Numbered from the stretch's first letter, positions 38,901 through 52,403 are shown. The stretch is DNA of 64,000 nucleotides from Camelus dromedarius (GCF_036321535.1 NC_087436.1:93374001-93438000); one strand, 5' to 3'. A program made the numbers and translations. Notes: generated by a model from the letters alone, not told the origin.

Positions 38901-39549
38901 TTGCTGATCTCTTAGCAGCTGTGATGTGAGATCCTTCAAGAAAACAAATTAGGATTTTTTGTTTCTGTTGATTCTGAAACGAGTAGGTGGTGGTAGAATA
39001 TAGGAAGGTGAATTGAAGACGGAAAGATGACAGAATACCTCACAGAAGGAAACTTAAGAAATTCTAAAATAAACAAATGTATATTGAGTCCTACAGTCTC
39101 TCAAAGACTGTTCCAGGCGTTGATGTAAATTGGTGGAAGGGACGCCGAAGTCCCCAGCCCTCAGGAGATTTTAAGTAAGGGACGGGGTAACTTCCAAAAT
39201 AAAAGCAGAGAGTGAGAGTGGTAGGAGAGAATGACAGAGGGGGATGTGGTGGTGATGGCGATACCGGCTGTCAAGGTGATAATTGAGTTGTGTCTTAAAT
39301 GATGAGGTAGAGTCTGTTTTTCAAAGACATGGAGAAAGTATATCAGATAGAGGCAACTTCACGCACAGAGAAGCTGAGGCAGTTGGTTTTAGGAACAGGA
39401 AAAAAAAAAAAAACAAACCATGGGCTGCAATCTTTTGGACTTGCTATGTCTGAAGATTTTTTTAGCTACCTCGTTTAGAATTCCTTCTCAGAATATGCAG
39501 GGAGGCAGTTGGAGGCACTGTATTAAAAAATGCATCACAGGAGCAGAGG

Positions 39550-40110
39550 ATTAATAGCTGGAGCGCAGAGAGTTTTTAGGGCAGTGAAACCACTCTGCAT
39601 GATACAATACTGCTAGGTACACGTCATTACATGTTTGTCCAAACCCACAGAATGTACAACACTGAGTGAACTCTAATGGAAACCATGGATTTGGGGTGAC
39701 TATGATGTGTCAGTGTAGGTCCCTCAATTGTAAGAAATGTTCCACTCTGGTCGGGGATGTTGACTAAGGGAGAGGCTGTGCATGCGTGGACAGGAAATAT
39801 GGGAATTTCTGTACTCATCTCCATTTGGCTGTGAACCTAAAACTCCTCTAAAATATAATCTTTTTTTAAACCAGTTTAAAAAAAAACCTGTAGATAGAAA
39901 AGGATTTAAGAGACAGAACTTTAAAAGACAAAATTATAGCATCTAGGGATGCACACTTCAGTGACAACAAGCAAGAAAGACATTATCTTTAAAGTCAAGT
40001 TAACAGTTACTTTGCAGGGGGAGGCAGAGAGTTGCGACTGAAACGGGGCACACAGAAGACTTCTAGGAGGCTGCTGGTGGTGGTTCCAAGGGTGCCTGCC
40101 TTATAATAGT
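39550..40110 (+). mobile_element. L1MC/MD-like 3' remnants
   Basis: ttttagggcagtgaaaccactctgcatgatac...tttgtccaaacccacagaatgtacaac...gctgtgaacctaaaact. Confidence 0.75.
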
Positions 40111-42789
40111 TCATCAGTAATTACCAAAGGAGCAATCCTACTTTCAAGGGCTTAGAACCATTGGGACAACAAAAGACCCTGCTTTTTGACAGGGAGGGGA
40201 AGGCTGTGCAGGCAGTATGTGGGCACCATTTGCCCTGCATTAAACAGAAGATCAAGGACTCTGATACTTGGTATCCCAAAATATCCCTTTGAAGGCAAAC
40301 AAGAGACTTTAAAAAAATATGGCCTGATCAACAGGGGAAAGACGACCCCAGGTTCAGCAGCTAGTCAGCTGGCTCTAGGAAAAAACACAGAGGCGACCAC
40401 ATAGAAGATGCTCTAAGGGCGCCTGAATGTCCTGCCCACCCTGATGCCGGGAAAGTCACGGAACTTGATCACAGCCCATTTTCCAGTGAAGGACTGCCGA
40501 AAGGGGAATAACAGCCGTCCAAAATATTTGTTACAGCTCCATTTTACCCCGAACCGGTGCTGAACCAGGTAAATAACATGTTAGAAGGGCAGATTTACTG
40601 TGGGGAATAGGTTAGGAAACCACTCATTTTTAAAAAAATTTTCAAGTTGAACAATTATTTTATATGTCTTTCTGTGTTATACACTATAATTTAAAAGGTT
40701 TGAACAATCAGGTATATTCATTCTAATTTTAAAAGTGCATTGCAAGCCTTCTCTCCTTTAATCTTCATGACAGCCCTGCTAAGTAGCTCTTCTCCCGTTC
40801 TGATGATGACTCTGAGACTTAAAACTGCTTGACCAAGGAAATGTATGTAGCTGGTGACAGAGTCAAGATTCAAATCCAAGTCTTCTGAATCTCATGTCCT
40901 TACGGACTTCCACTGCCTCTCACTGTAAATTTAAAATAGTATCAGAGAATATTCCGAGGTCATAGTGTATGCTCCTCAAGAACCCCCAGGGGCCATCAGT
41001 GAATTCAGCTTTCGGGATTCTCACGCCCAAGGCGACCCTTGCCACCTATGGCGGCTCAGTCAATAACCAGTGATAAGACACTGGCCTGTCCCTTCCACTC
41101 CTTTCCTTCTCTACAGACACTTCACAGGCAGCGGTGGAAGATGAGGCCCCTCCGCTCCCCAGGCCACCTTCCTAGATGGACAGCATCAGACCAGCACCAG
41201 ACTCTCCTCTGCGCACACAAAGGCCTTCGGTGAAGAGTCGGGTAGATAAACTCCTGAATGTCGGTAAAGTGTGAGAGGAAACATGTTGGAATTCTAATTC
41301 GTCCTTTCCTCTGACTGCCTCTTCCCCAGAAGAGGGTCTCCCGTGGTTACCTTCCCCTTTCATTCAGGTTCTCCTCTGCTCAGTCAATGAATGCATTTAT
41401 TGAGCACCTACTGTAGGCTCAGGCTCAGGGTCAGTGTTGGGCTTGGAGGGGCTTCTAGTGCCCTGAACAAGGGCAGCTGTAAATTCTGTAGTCAGTCTTC
41501 CCACCAGAGAGAGCCATAGACAGTCCCTCTCCGGCACCCAAGGGGAGTAAGCACCCCTCGCCGTGACGCAGTCAGCATGACATCCATGCCTTGTGTGGTG
41601 GTAAGGATGTGTCTCCTACTAACATGGCTTTGGCTTTCCATTCCTCTAAATATTAAAAACAAACAAACAAACAAAAAAACTTGAATGTCTGTCTGCTAAG
41701 CTCCAGGCATAATCCTTGGTGCTGGGGATACAGTATAAGCACAGGACACTGCTCCCTGCTCTCTCCCTGGGAGTCTAGCAAACAGAAGACTGTTGGCCGT
41801 GCCCTTCTGGAGCGATGCAGACTGCTGTTATTGTGCAAAGGAGATTTACCTCCTTCTTGCTCTGCTGAGCCTGGCTTGCATTCCTGGAGAAACGACCCGG
41901 CTGTAAACACTCACAGTAAAGGGCAACGGCGCCAGATCCTATTAAATGAATTTGATTCCAAGTCGCCCTTGATGGAAAAGGGGAGGGGTCTGCCACCTCT
42001 GGTTGCTTGGAAAGCTATTTGGGTTCATTCCTCCGCTTACGACCTACCTGAAACTCTCCTCTGCCTAGAGAAAGAAGCCACAGTCTTGAGCATGGGCTCT
42101 CAAACCCTCCTGTCCCCTCCGTAGTCCCACTCCCTCTACCCAGCCCTCCCCTCTCCCTCCCCTGTGTCACCCCCTCCTCAACTGTCTACAGTTCCTGAAT
42201 CAGAAAAGCACGTTTTCTCTCTCCTCTGGGCCTTCGGCTTCACTCTGCCTGGCCCACCACCCATTTTCCCCACTAACAATGTTTGCCTGACAGCCTCCTT
42301 CTCCTCAAGTCTTCCCTCAGCTCCCAGCCACCGGTGAGGTCCCCACCCCCAGAGTCAGAGACCTCACCCTCCCTCACAAAGCACCCAGTCTGTGCCAAGG
42401 ACCATGAGCGGTTGGGCCGTGTCATCAGTGTGCTCTTACCTGCCTCTTTCCCTCCCTCCATCTGTCTCTGTCTCTCTCCATCTCTCTCCGTCCCTCAGGG
42501 ATTGTGTGCAGCTATTTCTGTGCCTCCAGAACCAGCCCCACGTCCACGCTTGGTTCTACTGGAGATAAGAAAGTCAGAACCAGGGGGTGGGCTCCCAATC
42601 ACAGTTCCAACAACACTACCATTCCTATCTGATGGTGTGTGTGTATCGGGGGTGGGTCGGTATTGGAATGTGTGTGTGCGTGTGTGTACTGGGGACTGTG
42701 TGTGTTGGAAGAAGGGCAAGAAAAAGAGAGACGGGAGTGAGAAGGTGGACAAGTGCAGTCCTGTAAGCCGCCCAGCCCAGGGTCATTCA

Positions 42790-43350
42790 AACCTGGACAT
42801 TACTCTCTACACTCTCTGTCTCTCTCTCATTTCCCTACAGTCAGTTTTGCACCCAGCAGCCAGGGGGATTGTTTTAAAACAAAGATCAGATCATGTTACA
42901 CCTTTGACAAAAATCCTGAAATAGCTTCCCATCAATCATCTCACAAAGAATAAAACCGAAGTCCTCACAGTGGCCTCCAAGGTCGCATATGACCTGCCCC
43001 CTCCCCCCGCCCGTGACCCTCTGCTCTCAGCTGGAACTCTTCTCCCATCATTCACTCCTACCCTCCCCACCCCGGCTCTTCCCTCCCTGGGGAATCCTCT
43101 TCCCCAGATGTCTGTTTTGCTGAGTCATCTTCTCAATGAGATCAACCTTGACTGGCCCCCATCAACACATTCCAGATTGACCTTGACCTTTCCATTAACC
43201 ACAGGCCTCTCCTCCACCTCCTTACCTGGCTCTGCTGATTTCTTCTTTCTTTTTTCCATAGCTTTCTTCCCCTTCTGTCACACCAGGCACTTTACTCATA
43301 TGTTTGTTGCTTACTGTCTGTCTCCTGCCTGTCCCCCACCCAGAGATTTT
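42790..43350 (+). mobile_element. L2 remnant
   Basis: cacccagcagccagggggattgttttaaaac...tcagatcatgttac...gaataaaaccgaagtcctcacagtggcctccaagg. Confidence 0.75.
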
Positions 43351-43629
43351 TGTCTACTTGAGGCTATACAGCTATTTGTGAAGTCTTTCCCTTAATGTTA
43401 GTTACATCGTTTCTCTTTTTTACTAGATTGTTCAGAACAATACCTGAACTACAAAAATCTTCACATGGACCTTTGATTATTTCTAAGAATTTGAGTTACC
43501 TAATCAGATGTTACATATTTATAAGCCTTTTGATACATATTACAAAGTTGATTTCCTACCATACTTTCTGAGTAGTATGTACTTGTTGAGAAGGACTATT
43601 ACCCGGTGTTGGAGGCCATCTGTACACTT

Positions 43630-44170
43630 AAATGTATGGTGTGCCCCAGCAATTCCACTCTGGGAGTCCACCCCCAAGAAATGAAAAGACAACCACATAA
43701 ACACATGTGAATGGCTGCTCAGAGCAGCATTCTTCATAATAGTCCCAAACCACAAACAACCCCAATGTCTATCAACTGATGAACAGATAAACAAGATGAG
43801 GTATTTTCATACCATGGAATATTATTCGGCAATAAAAAGGGAAGAATGATTGTTACATTCTACAATATGAAGGAATTTCTGCTAACGGAAAGAAGCCAAA
43901 TACAACTATATTTGTATGCTTCTGTTGATAAGAAATGTCCAGAAAGAGCACATTTGCAGAGACAAAAAGCAGCTCAGTTGTTACCTGGGGCTGAGGGTAG
44001 GAGCAGGGATTAACTGTAAACAGACATAAGAAACTTTGGGGGATGAAGGAAATGTTCTAAACCTGGATTTGTGTGCACGATTTTACAACTCCATTTACTA
44101 AAATAATAGAATTGCATACTTAGAGTAGGGGAATTGTATGGTACATAAACTACACTTTAATAAAGTCTTT
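43630..44170 (+). mobile_element. L1 3' fragment (L1MB/MC-like)
   Basis: cccagcaattccactctggg...caacccaatgtctatcaactgatgaacagataaac...ggaaatgttctaaacctggatt. Confidence 0.85.
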
Positions 44171-44279
44171 AAGGGAATTGGGAATAAATGTAATCAGAGG
44201 GAAAGATTAGGAAGAAAATTCATATAAAATGCATGCTGTGATTTTAAAAGTTTGAGAAATAAAGAGCATAGCATAAGGC

Positions 44280-44322
44280 AGAAAGAAAGAAAGAAAAAGA
44301 AAGAAAGAAAGAAAGAAAGAAA

Positions 44323-44366
<44 letters not shown>

Positions 44367-44510
44367 GAAAGAGAAAGAGAAAGAGAAAGAAAAGGAAGGA
44401 AGGAAGGAAAGGAGGAAGGAAGGAAGGAAAGGAGGAAAGAAAGGAAGAAAGAAAGAAAAAGAAAGAGAAGGAGGGAGGGAGAGAGAAATGTTATATATAT
44501 ATATATATAT
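44280..44510. repeat. Compound purine microsatellite (GAAA)n-(GAGAAA)n-(GGAA)n followed by (AT)n
   Basis: About 208 bp of pure purines on +, then an AT run at about 44492-44510. Confidence 0.95.
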
Positions 44511-45472
44511 TTGAGGGCCACTTTTGTGATGACTCAAGACTATCAGAAGAGACCTCCACAGAAAATTCATGAAGTGAGTCGACTTTGCACAAATAATAAG
44601 GAACTTTTGACCTCTGCTGTCAGCATGTATCTTTAAAGAAGGGACCTGGGCCCACAGCATCCCACAGAAGCAAATAAAGGCACAGAGGTAAACAAACAAA
44701 CAAACAAACAAACTAGGTCTTGTCTCTGAGCCAACTGTTATTCTTAATTTCAAAGATTTCTTTAAATGTTTTTAAAGAAATTTTAAATGTTTAAATGTTT
44801 TTAAATGTTAAAATAATAATTATTGCAAAGCCCTCAAAGGTGGCTTCCATGTTTTCAAAAGGAATAAAAAAGGGAGCCTTCCAGAACGAGTGAAGTGGCT
44901 CTGTTGGTGGCCACTCCATTCCAACTGAGCAGGATGGTGGGGGGAGGAGTGACAGAAGGAGCCACAGAAAGACTAGCCCCAGAGAGAAGCAGACGGCAGG
45001 TGGTACTTGAAGGCCTGGAATACTCCACTGCACACAAAATAGGGATTTTCAGTACCATACATCTTAAGGACATTATTTTTTTTTAATTCTACACGTCCAG
45101 TTTGGATAGCTGTGACCTTCTGTAGCAGTGAGACGTGACGTCAGATTGCAGTAAGTGATTAAGGCTACACGTCACCTTTGCTGTTAGTTTCATCAAGCAG
45201 GTGCCTCCTGGTGACAAGCATGGCAGACTTATGAGTGTGTCCCTGAGGCAAACTTGGGCTTCGAGCTGGGCCAGGAGCTGAGGGACCTCACCCCCCATCC
45301 CCAGGGAGGACATGGAATCTAAGGGAGGGCTGTCAGTTCCTGGAATGTCAGCATATTCTTCACAACCTCATCCTCAGAGATGTGGAGTGGGTGGTGGAGG
45401 TAGTGAAGGGATGGTTTAGAGAGGGCCATCAAGGAAATCCAGTGACTCACATGTCATGTTGCCTTATTAAAT

Positions 45473-45997
45473 TGTCTGCATTTCCTTTTGCTGCATAACA
45501 AATTACCACAAACTTAGAGGCTTCAATTAATACTGATTTCTTAGTGCGCGGTGCTGTAGGTCAGAAGTCCAGCGTGGCCTGACCGGCCTGTCTTACAGGG
45601 GGTCTTACTAGGCTGGATCACGGTGTCGGCTGTGATTCTTTCTGGAGGCTCTGCGGAAGATTCTGCTTCCAGGTGCATTCAGGTCGTTGGCCAAATTCAG
45701 CTCCTTAAGGCTCTAGAACTTAGATTCTCGTTTTCCTGCTGTCAGTGGGGTCCACTCTCACCTCCTAGAGGTGGCCCACATTCTTTTGCCAAGAAAAGCC
45801 TGGTCCTTTTTAAGGGCTAGGACAGGCTAACTGGAGATAATCTATTTTAATGCCAGTTTATTTGGGACCTTAATCACATCTGCAAACTCCCTTCAGAGCA
45901 GCATCCAGATTAGTGTTTGATCAAGTGCCCGGGGGAAGGTGTTTACACACAATGGGCTGGGACTCTCCGAGGCCATTCTGAAATTCTGCCTGCAACA
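45473..45997 (-). mobile_element. MaLR LTR (MLT1D/E-like)
   Basis: ttgctgcataacaaattaccacaaacttag...gggaccttaatcacatctgcaaactcccttc...gccattctgaaattctgcctgcaaca. Confidence 0.8.
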
Positions 45998-48988
45998 AGT
46001 TACTTTGGAAAGATTCTCCAGTGTGGCTAAGTGATCCTCAGGGGCGGTGGTACCAAGCCCTAATGGATGTTTTGGAAATTTGTTGGCAAATATTTTGCTG
46101 TGGTAATGATAGGGGGTAGGTTCCACTGGCACTTACTGTCTGGAGCCAGGTTGTGAGAAGACAGCCTCACGCGATGAAAATTGTGCTGCTAGTTACACAG
46201 CTTTCAAACACAGCTCTAGGCATTCATGTCAGTGCAAAATCTGGATACAATTGTCTGAACCTATTTTTTTGCATAGTCTTTGCACTGAAGTTTCCATAAG
46301 TGCAATTAATGGGTAAGTCAAGGGAAGAATGTAATTATTTTGTTTGGGACTTTACCAAGATTTTCACCATCTGGGGAAAAGGGAAAATCGCATGACAGAC
46401 ACCAAGGCTGCTCATGGCATCTGAACTGTCGATGTGCTGCCCCGGCTTCCATCTGCCACCGTTGCCACCTCTGTCTTCATGATTTGCTGTCTAAGTACGA
46501 GCCTCACCTCCCTTTACATCTTCTCACGTGGTAACGCCTGATCATGTACATGTGGAAACATTCTTTAAATTGATTTCTTATATTAGCTATGAGCTCTCGT
46601 TTAGGATAGTAAAGGGGCCATGGGTCTGAAGAGCTGAGGGCCAGAGGTCTACAGTGTGCACCTCCTGAAGCCGGGCTGGCAAATAGTGGGGCCTGTGGTA
46701 TAGAAACTCACTGGATGAAGGCACGTCTGTGAGCTCTGAGTCTGTTTAATTATTTTATTTTAAAAATGAGGAAAACTGAGGCCAGGAAAGGAAAAGGGAG
46801 TTAGTTAATATCACCCAACTACTTAGTGTCAATGCTAGTCCAGACCCAGTTCTCTGAATAGAAAGGTCAAATCCATCTATCTATATGGAACTACTTGAAA
46901 AGAAAGTTAATATTATTTAACTGAAGAGAAAAATATTTTCGTAAAGCTCTAATGAGTCAGGATCATACCATTAATTCCACTAGTTTCGAATGCTAAGATG
47001 TCAAAAGCCAGGTTCTGCTAGATGTAGAATTGATTATAGAATTATCAAATCATTTGTATTTGGGATAACATCTAATTCAACATCAGCAGAGAAAGCATTT
47101 ACTTGATGAATTTGTGATTTGAAATTAATACTGCTTATTTCTATTTAGTTTTATGACAAAATACATAGAACCTGGGCAAAACTATGGATAGCCCAAAAAG
47201 CAAGTCAGGCTGCTTTAGCCAATCTATACCAGGACTGGTTAGTCCAGTCCAAAACAATGGGCCAAAATGAAGGCCCACTCTGTGTCACACTTCTCCATCT
47301 TGCCCAGAAGAGCTAGTCACCAAAAGCTACTGGTTTCTCTTTCCTGGCTCAACTTTTGTTCAAACCTACTGAGCTCTGAAGTTGCCATAAGTTTTCCTTT
47401 GCTGCCACCTACTGGAAACAGTAAGTATAGTTTTAAATAAAGCTTTTGTCTTCCTACTGTTCAGGGTGTTTGAATGTAAAATAGGGAATTCAGGTGCCAT
47501 TCAAATTGTACTTAATGCCCAAACACTGGATATTTAAAAGGAGAGATGGATGCAGAGAAGATAGGTGGTGTCAAAAATGAAAGCCATAGCATTTACTGTG
47601 TTTAGCACATCCCAAGGACTTCACATGTATTCTCCTGTGCTTTCACAACCCTATGAGGCAGATACTGAACCGACTTTACAGATGAAGAAATCGGGGCTTT
47701 GGAAGAGTTAAGACGGCCAAGGCACCCATCTGGTACGGGGTGGAGCTGATGGCACAAACCTCAGTTCTCAACCACAAAGCTATGCTGCCTGGTGCAGCCC
47801 CAGGAGACCATGGACGAGAGGAATTGACAAGAGCCAAAGCAGCGCCCCAAGTCAGCATCATTGGTTTTAGTTCAGTAAAACATGGCCAGGAAGAGCCTAG
47901 GGAGACATGACAACTATATGCCATATGGTATCCTAGACGGGATTCTGGAACAAGAAAGGACATTTGGTGAAAACTAAAGAAACACAGTAGGAATTTAAAT
48001 TAATAATAAAGTATCAACGTTAATTCGTTCATTGTGACAAATGTACTAAGGTAAGATTTTTTAAAAATTAAAAGCCTATTTTTAAAGAACGGTTAACACT
48101 ATGGAAAGCGTCTGATTCCTAAGAGTAAGAAGACAATTATAAAATCTGATTTTGAATCAGGTTAAGGATATTAACATGAAGGAACTATCAAGTGGTTTAA
48201 ATTGTCCAAATTCAGGTATTTCACACTAACAGAGAACTTAACTACTTCATTTGCTGAGATTTCTCTGCTTCTTTCTCCTTTGTTCATAAATATTCAAATA
48301 CATACATTCAGCTCCTATAATGGTTTATGTCACATTAATAGAAATGCTCGAAAGTGTGCTCACTATGTGCTGAGCTCTATGTGGCTTAATTGAGCCCACA
48401 GTCCTGGGAGAGGTCCTGTCGGTCCCATTCTACACGATTGCACCAGACTGCCCGACCACACCGGCATCCACAGCAGCCCACGGTTCACTGCTCCACCAAG
48501 AGGCACCTTGTTCCTTAGTGGATGCCAAGCCAGGTCAAGAATCAAACAGGTGAACAGCTCACTGCTATAACACATATAGTTAATAACATCACATCATTCA
48601 AAGGACACAGAAAGCAACTCCCAGGCCAGGATGTCAAGTCATTATTTACCAGGGCAGGGCGTGGAAGAAACTGAACATGTTCCAAGTAAGTGGAGGTTTT
48701 GGAGACTGAAAGATGATTATTTAAAGTTCTAACGTAGCTTTGTAATGAAGCCCCTAGAAGACAGAAGACTAAGTAAGTTGCACTGACTTCAGTTATAAAT
48801 TGAAGAAACTTGGGAGGTATGCTAAATTAACCAGCAGCACCTCATTACAGAATTCATTCAGTTAATTCATTCACAACAGTTCCAGAGAAAAACTTAAGTT
48901 TTTTTTTAATAAAAGTAATATGCAATTTTAAAAAGCTTGGAAGATGAAGGTATAAAGTTAAATCACCCATAATCTCAACACGCAGAAA

Positions 48989-49117
48989 CAGAAGCAGACC
49001 CAGGTTAAGAAATTGTGAATTTCACAAGGACACACAAGCCAGGATATTGCAAGGGGTCATTCAAGTGTTGGGCCCTAAAGCTTAACTATCATTCACCTAA
49101 AGTTAGGTCCACCTCTG
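48989..49117. mobile_element. Small hAT-Tip100 MITE related to the 7367-9417 element
   Basis: TIRs CAGAAGCAGACC / CAGAGGTGGACC (reverse complement), degenerate 8-bp TSD cgcagaaa / cccagcaa; right end resembles 9340-9417. Confidence 0.6.
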
Positions 49118-49564
49118 CCCAGCAATGATCATTAATATTATGGGCTCTCAGAGCCACTCCGCTTGGGTTTGATGTCCACAACATCCTTTATTAGCCTGGT
49201 AACCTTGGGCAAGTTGCTTAAGCTTCCCTGTGCCTTAGTTTTCTAAATGGGGATAATACCAAAATGGGGATAATACCAATCTCACATGATGACTAAGTTT
49301 AACTTAGAATATAGTAAACATATAGCTATTATGGTCCTGTCTTTTCTAAACACATATGCAAACAGTTTATAAAACTCTTTCACTAGTTTCATGCATGAAC
49401 ATTTTTTTCATGTTCTTGGGTCTTTAAGACAGACCATATGATACTGAATAGATGTGTAACTTAAATATTCCTCAATTGGACATTTTGGGTGTTAGTTAAA
49501 AAGGAGGGATACTTAGCATCGGGTGGCTTTGCCTGTTGAAAGCACTACACAGTCATCTCTATCA

Positions 49565-50506
49565 CATTCTCTAACACCACGTACAAAAATTAACTCAAAA
49601 CGGATTAAAGACCTAAGTGTAAGGCCAGATACTATAAAACTGCTAGAGAAAAACACAAGAACACTCTTTGACAAAAATCACAGCAATTTTTTGGCTCCAT
49701 CTCCTAAAGCAAAGAAAATAAAACCAAAAATAAAGAAATGAGACCTAATTAAACCTAAAAGCTTTAGCACAGCAAAGGAAAACATCAACAAAATAAAAAA
49801 GCCTTCTGAATGGCAGAAAATATTTGCAAATGATATAACCAATAAAGAATTAATATCCAACATATACAAACAGCTCATACAACTCAACATCAAAAAAACA
49901 CCCCAATTAAAAAATGGGCAGAACTGAATAGATGTTTTTCCCAAGGGGACATGCTGATGGCCAACAAGCAAATGAAAAGATGCTCAACATCGCTAATTAT
50001 CAGAGAAATGCAAATCAAAACCATAGTGAACTATCACCTCACACCTGTCGGAATGGCCATTATCAAAAAGAACACCAAAAACAAATGTTGGCGAGGATGT
50101 GGAGAAAAGGGAACCCTTGTACACTGTTGGTGGGAATGTAAATTGTTGCAGCCACTGTGAAAAGCAGTATGCAGATTTCTCAAAAAACTAAAAATAGAAC
50201 TACCATTTGACCCAGCAATTCTACTCCTGGGTATATAGCCAAAAAAAAAAAAAAAACCTAATTCAAAAAGATACATGCATCCCAATGTTCATAGCAGCAT
50301 TATTTACAACTGCCAAGATATGGAAGCAACCTAACTGTCCATCAGCAGTTGAATGGATGAAGAAGTTGTGGTATATACATACAATGGAATACTACTCAGT
50401 GATAACACTGCAGTTTTGCCATTGGCAGCAACATGGATGGACTTGGAGGGCATTATGCTAAGTGAAATAAGACAGAGAATGACAAATACTATATGATATC
50501 ACATAT
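49565..50506 (+). mobile_element. Relatively young L1 ORF2 3' segment, truncated at both ends
   Basis: Peptides SLTPRTKINSKRIKDLSVRPDTIKLLE and [17 protein letters not shown]...[20 protein letters not shown]; stops early in the 3'UTR with no polyA. Confidence 0.92.
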
Positions 50507-50734
50507 CACTTTCCCCTAAGGCAATCTCCTAGGTGACTGTATGGCAGTCACACACCAAGTTAGAACTGAAATTGCACCTCCTTGGCTTCAACTCTAAGCA
50601 ATTAGACCTGTTACATTCAAGTATCAATTGTTGAGAACAAATGCAAGCCTATACATTACATATTAGTGTATCCTTATCTATACAATAGTAAGGTTTAACA
50701 AATGACTTTTTTTAATTCTGCAAAGAAATCCTGG

Positions 50735-51730
50735 AGAAAAAAAAAAAGCAAAACCCCACATTGATTGGGGTATGTCAAAGGGACACAGGAGCCAACTGAA
50801 ATAGCTCTCAAGGGCCAAAGCTGGAACAATTTCAGTAACAAAATGTAGTACTGGATCGTAACTCAAGAGTATAAAATACCCATGAGTTCATACTGATATA
50901 AATGATTAAATAGAGGGTAAGAGACAAGTATCTGCCTTGCAAAAGAATTCCAAATAATTTATATAGATACTCCACCTTCAAGATGGAATGTAATTCAACT
51001 CCCTACTCCTATAGGATTGGCTACGCATGGACTTCCTTCCAGTATGTAGTGGGGGGTGGGGGGGGGGGAAGTAATGTCACTGTGGAGAAACCTAACACGA
51101 CCTAGCCAGGTGACCAAGGTTAACATTAACCATGATAAGGCTTGTAGATAGCATGTACCCTTGATGTGATGAGATGAGACTAGCACCTTACCACTGTGGT
51201 CTTCCTCCCCCCACAACTCATAACCCTGATCTACTTATGAGAAAAACATAAGGCAAATCCCAAGAGGGGGGCATCCTACAAAATACTGGATCAGTACTCC
51301 TTGAAACTGTCAAAGTTATCAAAAGAAAAGTCTCAGAAACTGTCTTAACCAAGAGAAGCCTAAGGTGTATCCTGGATGGGACCCCACAAAAGGAAAAAGA
51401 CATTAAGTAAAAACCAAGGGAATCTGAATAAGGATTGGACTTCAGTCAATAGTATTATCGGTTGTAACAAATGTATCATACTAATGCAAGATGCTACCTG
51501 GGAAATGGATGAGGGGTATATGGGAACTCTATAGTATCTTCTTAATTTTTCTGTATATCTAAAATTATTCTTACAGCATAAGGAATATGGTCAACAATAC
51601 TGTAATAACTTTAAAGGGACAGATGGTTACTAGACTTATTGTATCATTTCATAACATATTTAAATGTCAAATCACTGTTGTCCATCTGAAACTAACATTG
51701 TATTGTCAACTATATTTCAATAAAAATAAA
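50735..51730 (+). mobile_element. Old L1 3' region plus a short young L1 3' end (about 51572-51730)
   Basis: gagccaactgaaatagctctcaagggccaaagctggaacaat; ggtatatgggaactctatagtatc; tgaaactaacattgtattgtcaactatatttcaataaaaataaa. Confidence 0.75.
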
Positions 51731-51984
51731 TTATTCCAAAAATTAAGTCTGTTTAATTTTTTTAAACCATCTACAGTTATGCACAGTAACAAACATATAG
51801 GAAAAAGTCTAGAGACACAGTAAACTGATATTTTAATGGTAATTTTCTTACCTGTGCTGTGTGAGTTCTTATGTACAAGATATATATAATTACTACGAAA
51901 ATAACTTGGGATATACTGGAGGGGCAGAGGAAGGTAAAAGAAAAAATGAAAAGTTTAGGCTCATCTCTTTATCAGCAGAAAAGT

Positions 51985-51990
51985 TTTATT
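51985..51990 (-). terminator. UCHL1: UCHL1 polyadenylation signal AATAAA
   Basis: tttatt on +, about 300 nt downstream of the stop codon, with T-rich sequence further downstream on the minus strand. Confidence 0.8.
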
Positions 51991-52292
51991 CCTTTTAAGA
52001 ACAATTAGACCACATCCAAGGCCCTAACTTACAGACACAAACCAAAGGAGCCATTAAAGCGTTAGATACTGAGGTACGACACACACGAGGGGCTCGCTTC
52101 GCCATCTGAGGCTGACACCAAACTGCTCAATGACAGCTGAGTGCGTGGGCATGGCTGAGGGCAGGCGCTTATCTGCAGAACCGAAGGAGAAGAGCTGTGC
52201 TCTGGGAGGACTGAAGCTTCTGGACCGCGTAGGGGGGGTATACTTTCACGATGAAGGGACGCAGGGAGAAAGCCAGTCCCCTCCACGGGGCA

Positions 52293-52403
<111 letters not shown>

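Noticed and set aside
42283..43395. 213-aa and 141-aa + strand ORFs
   Set aside because: Overlap L2 remnants and simple repeats, begin at non-ATG codons, and show no recognisable domain or splice structure.
44207..44753. K/E/R-rich and F/L/S-rich ORFs
   Set aside because: Translations of the GAAA/GGAA microsatellite.
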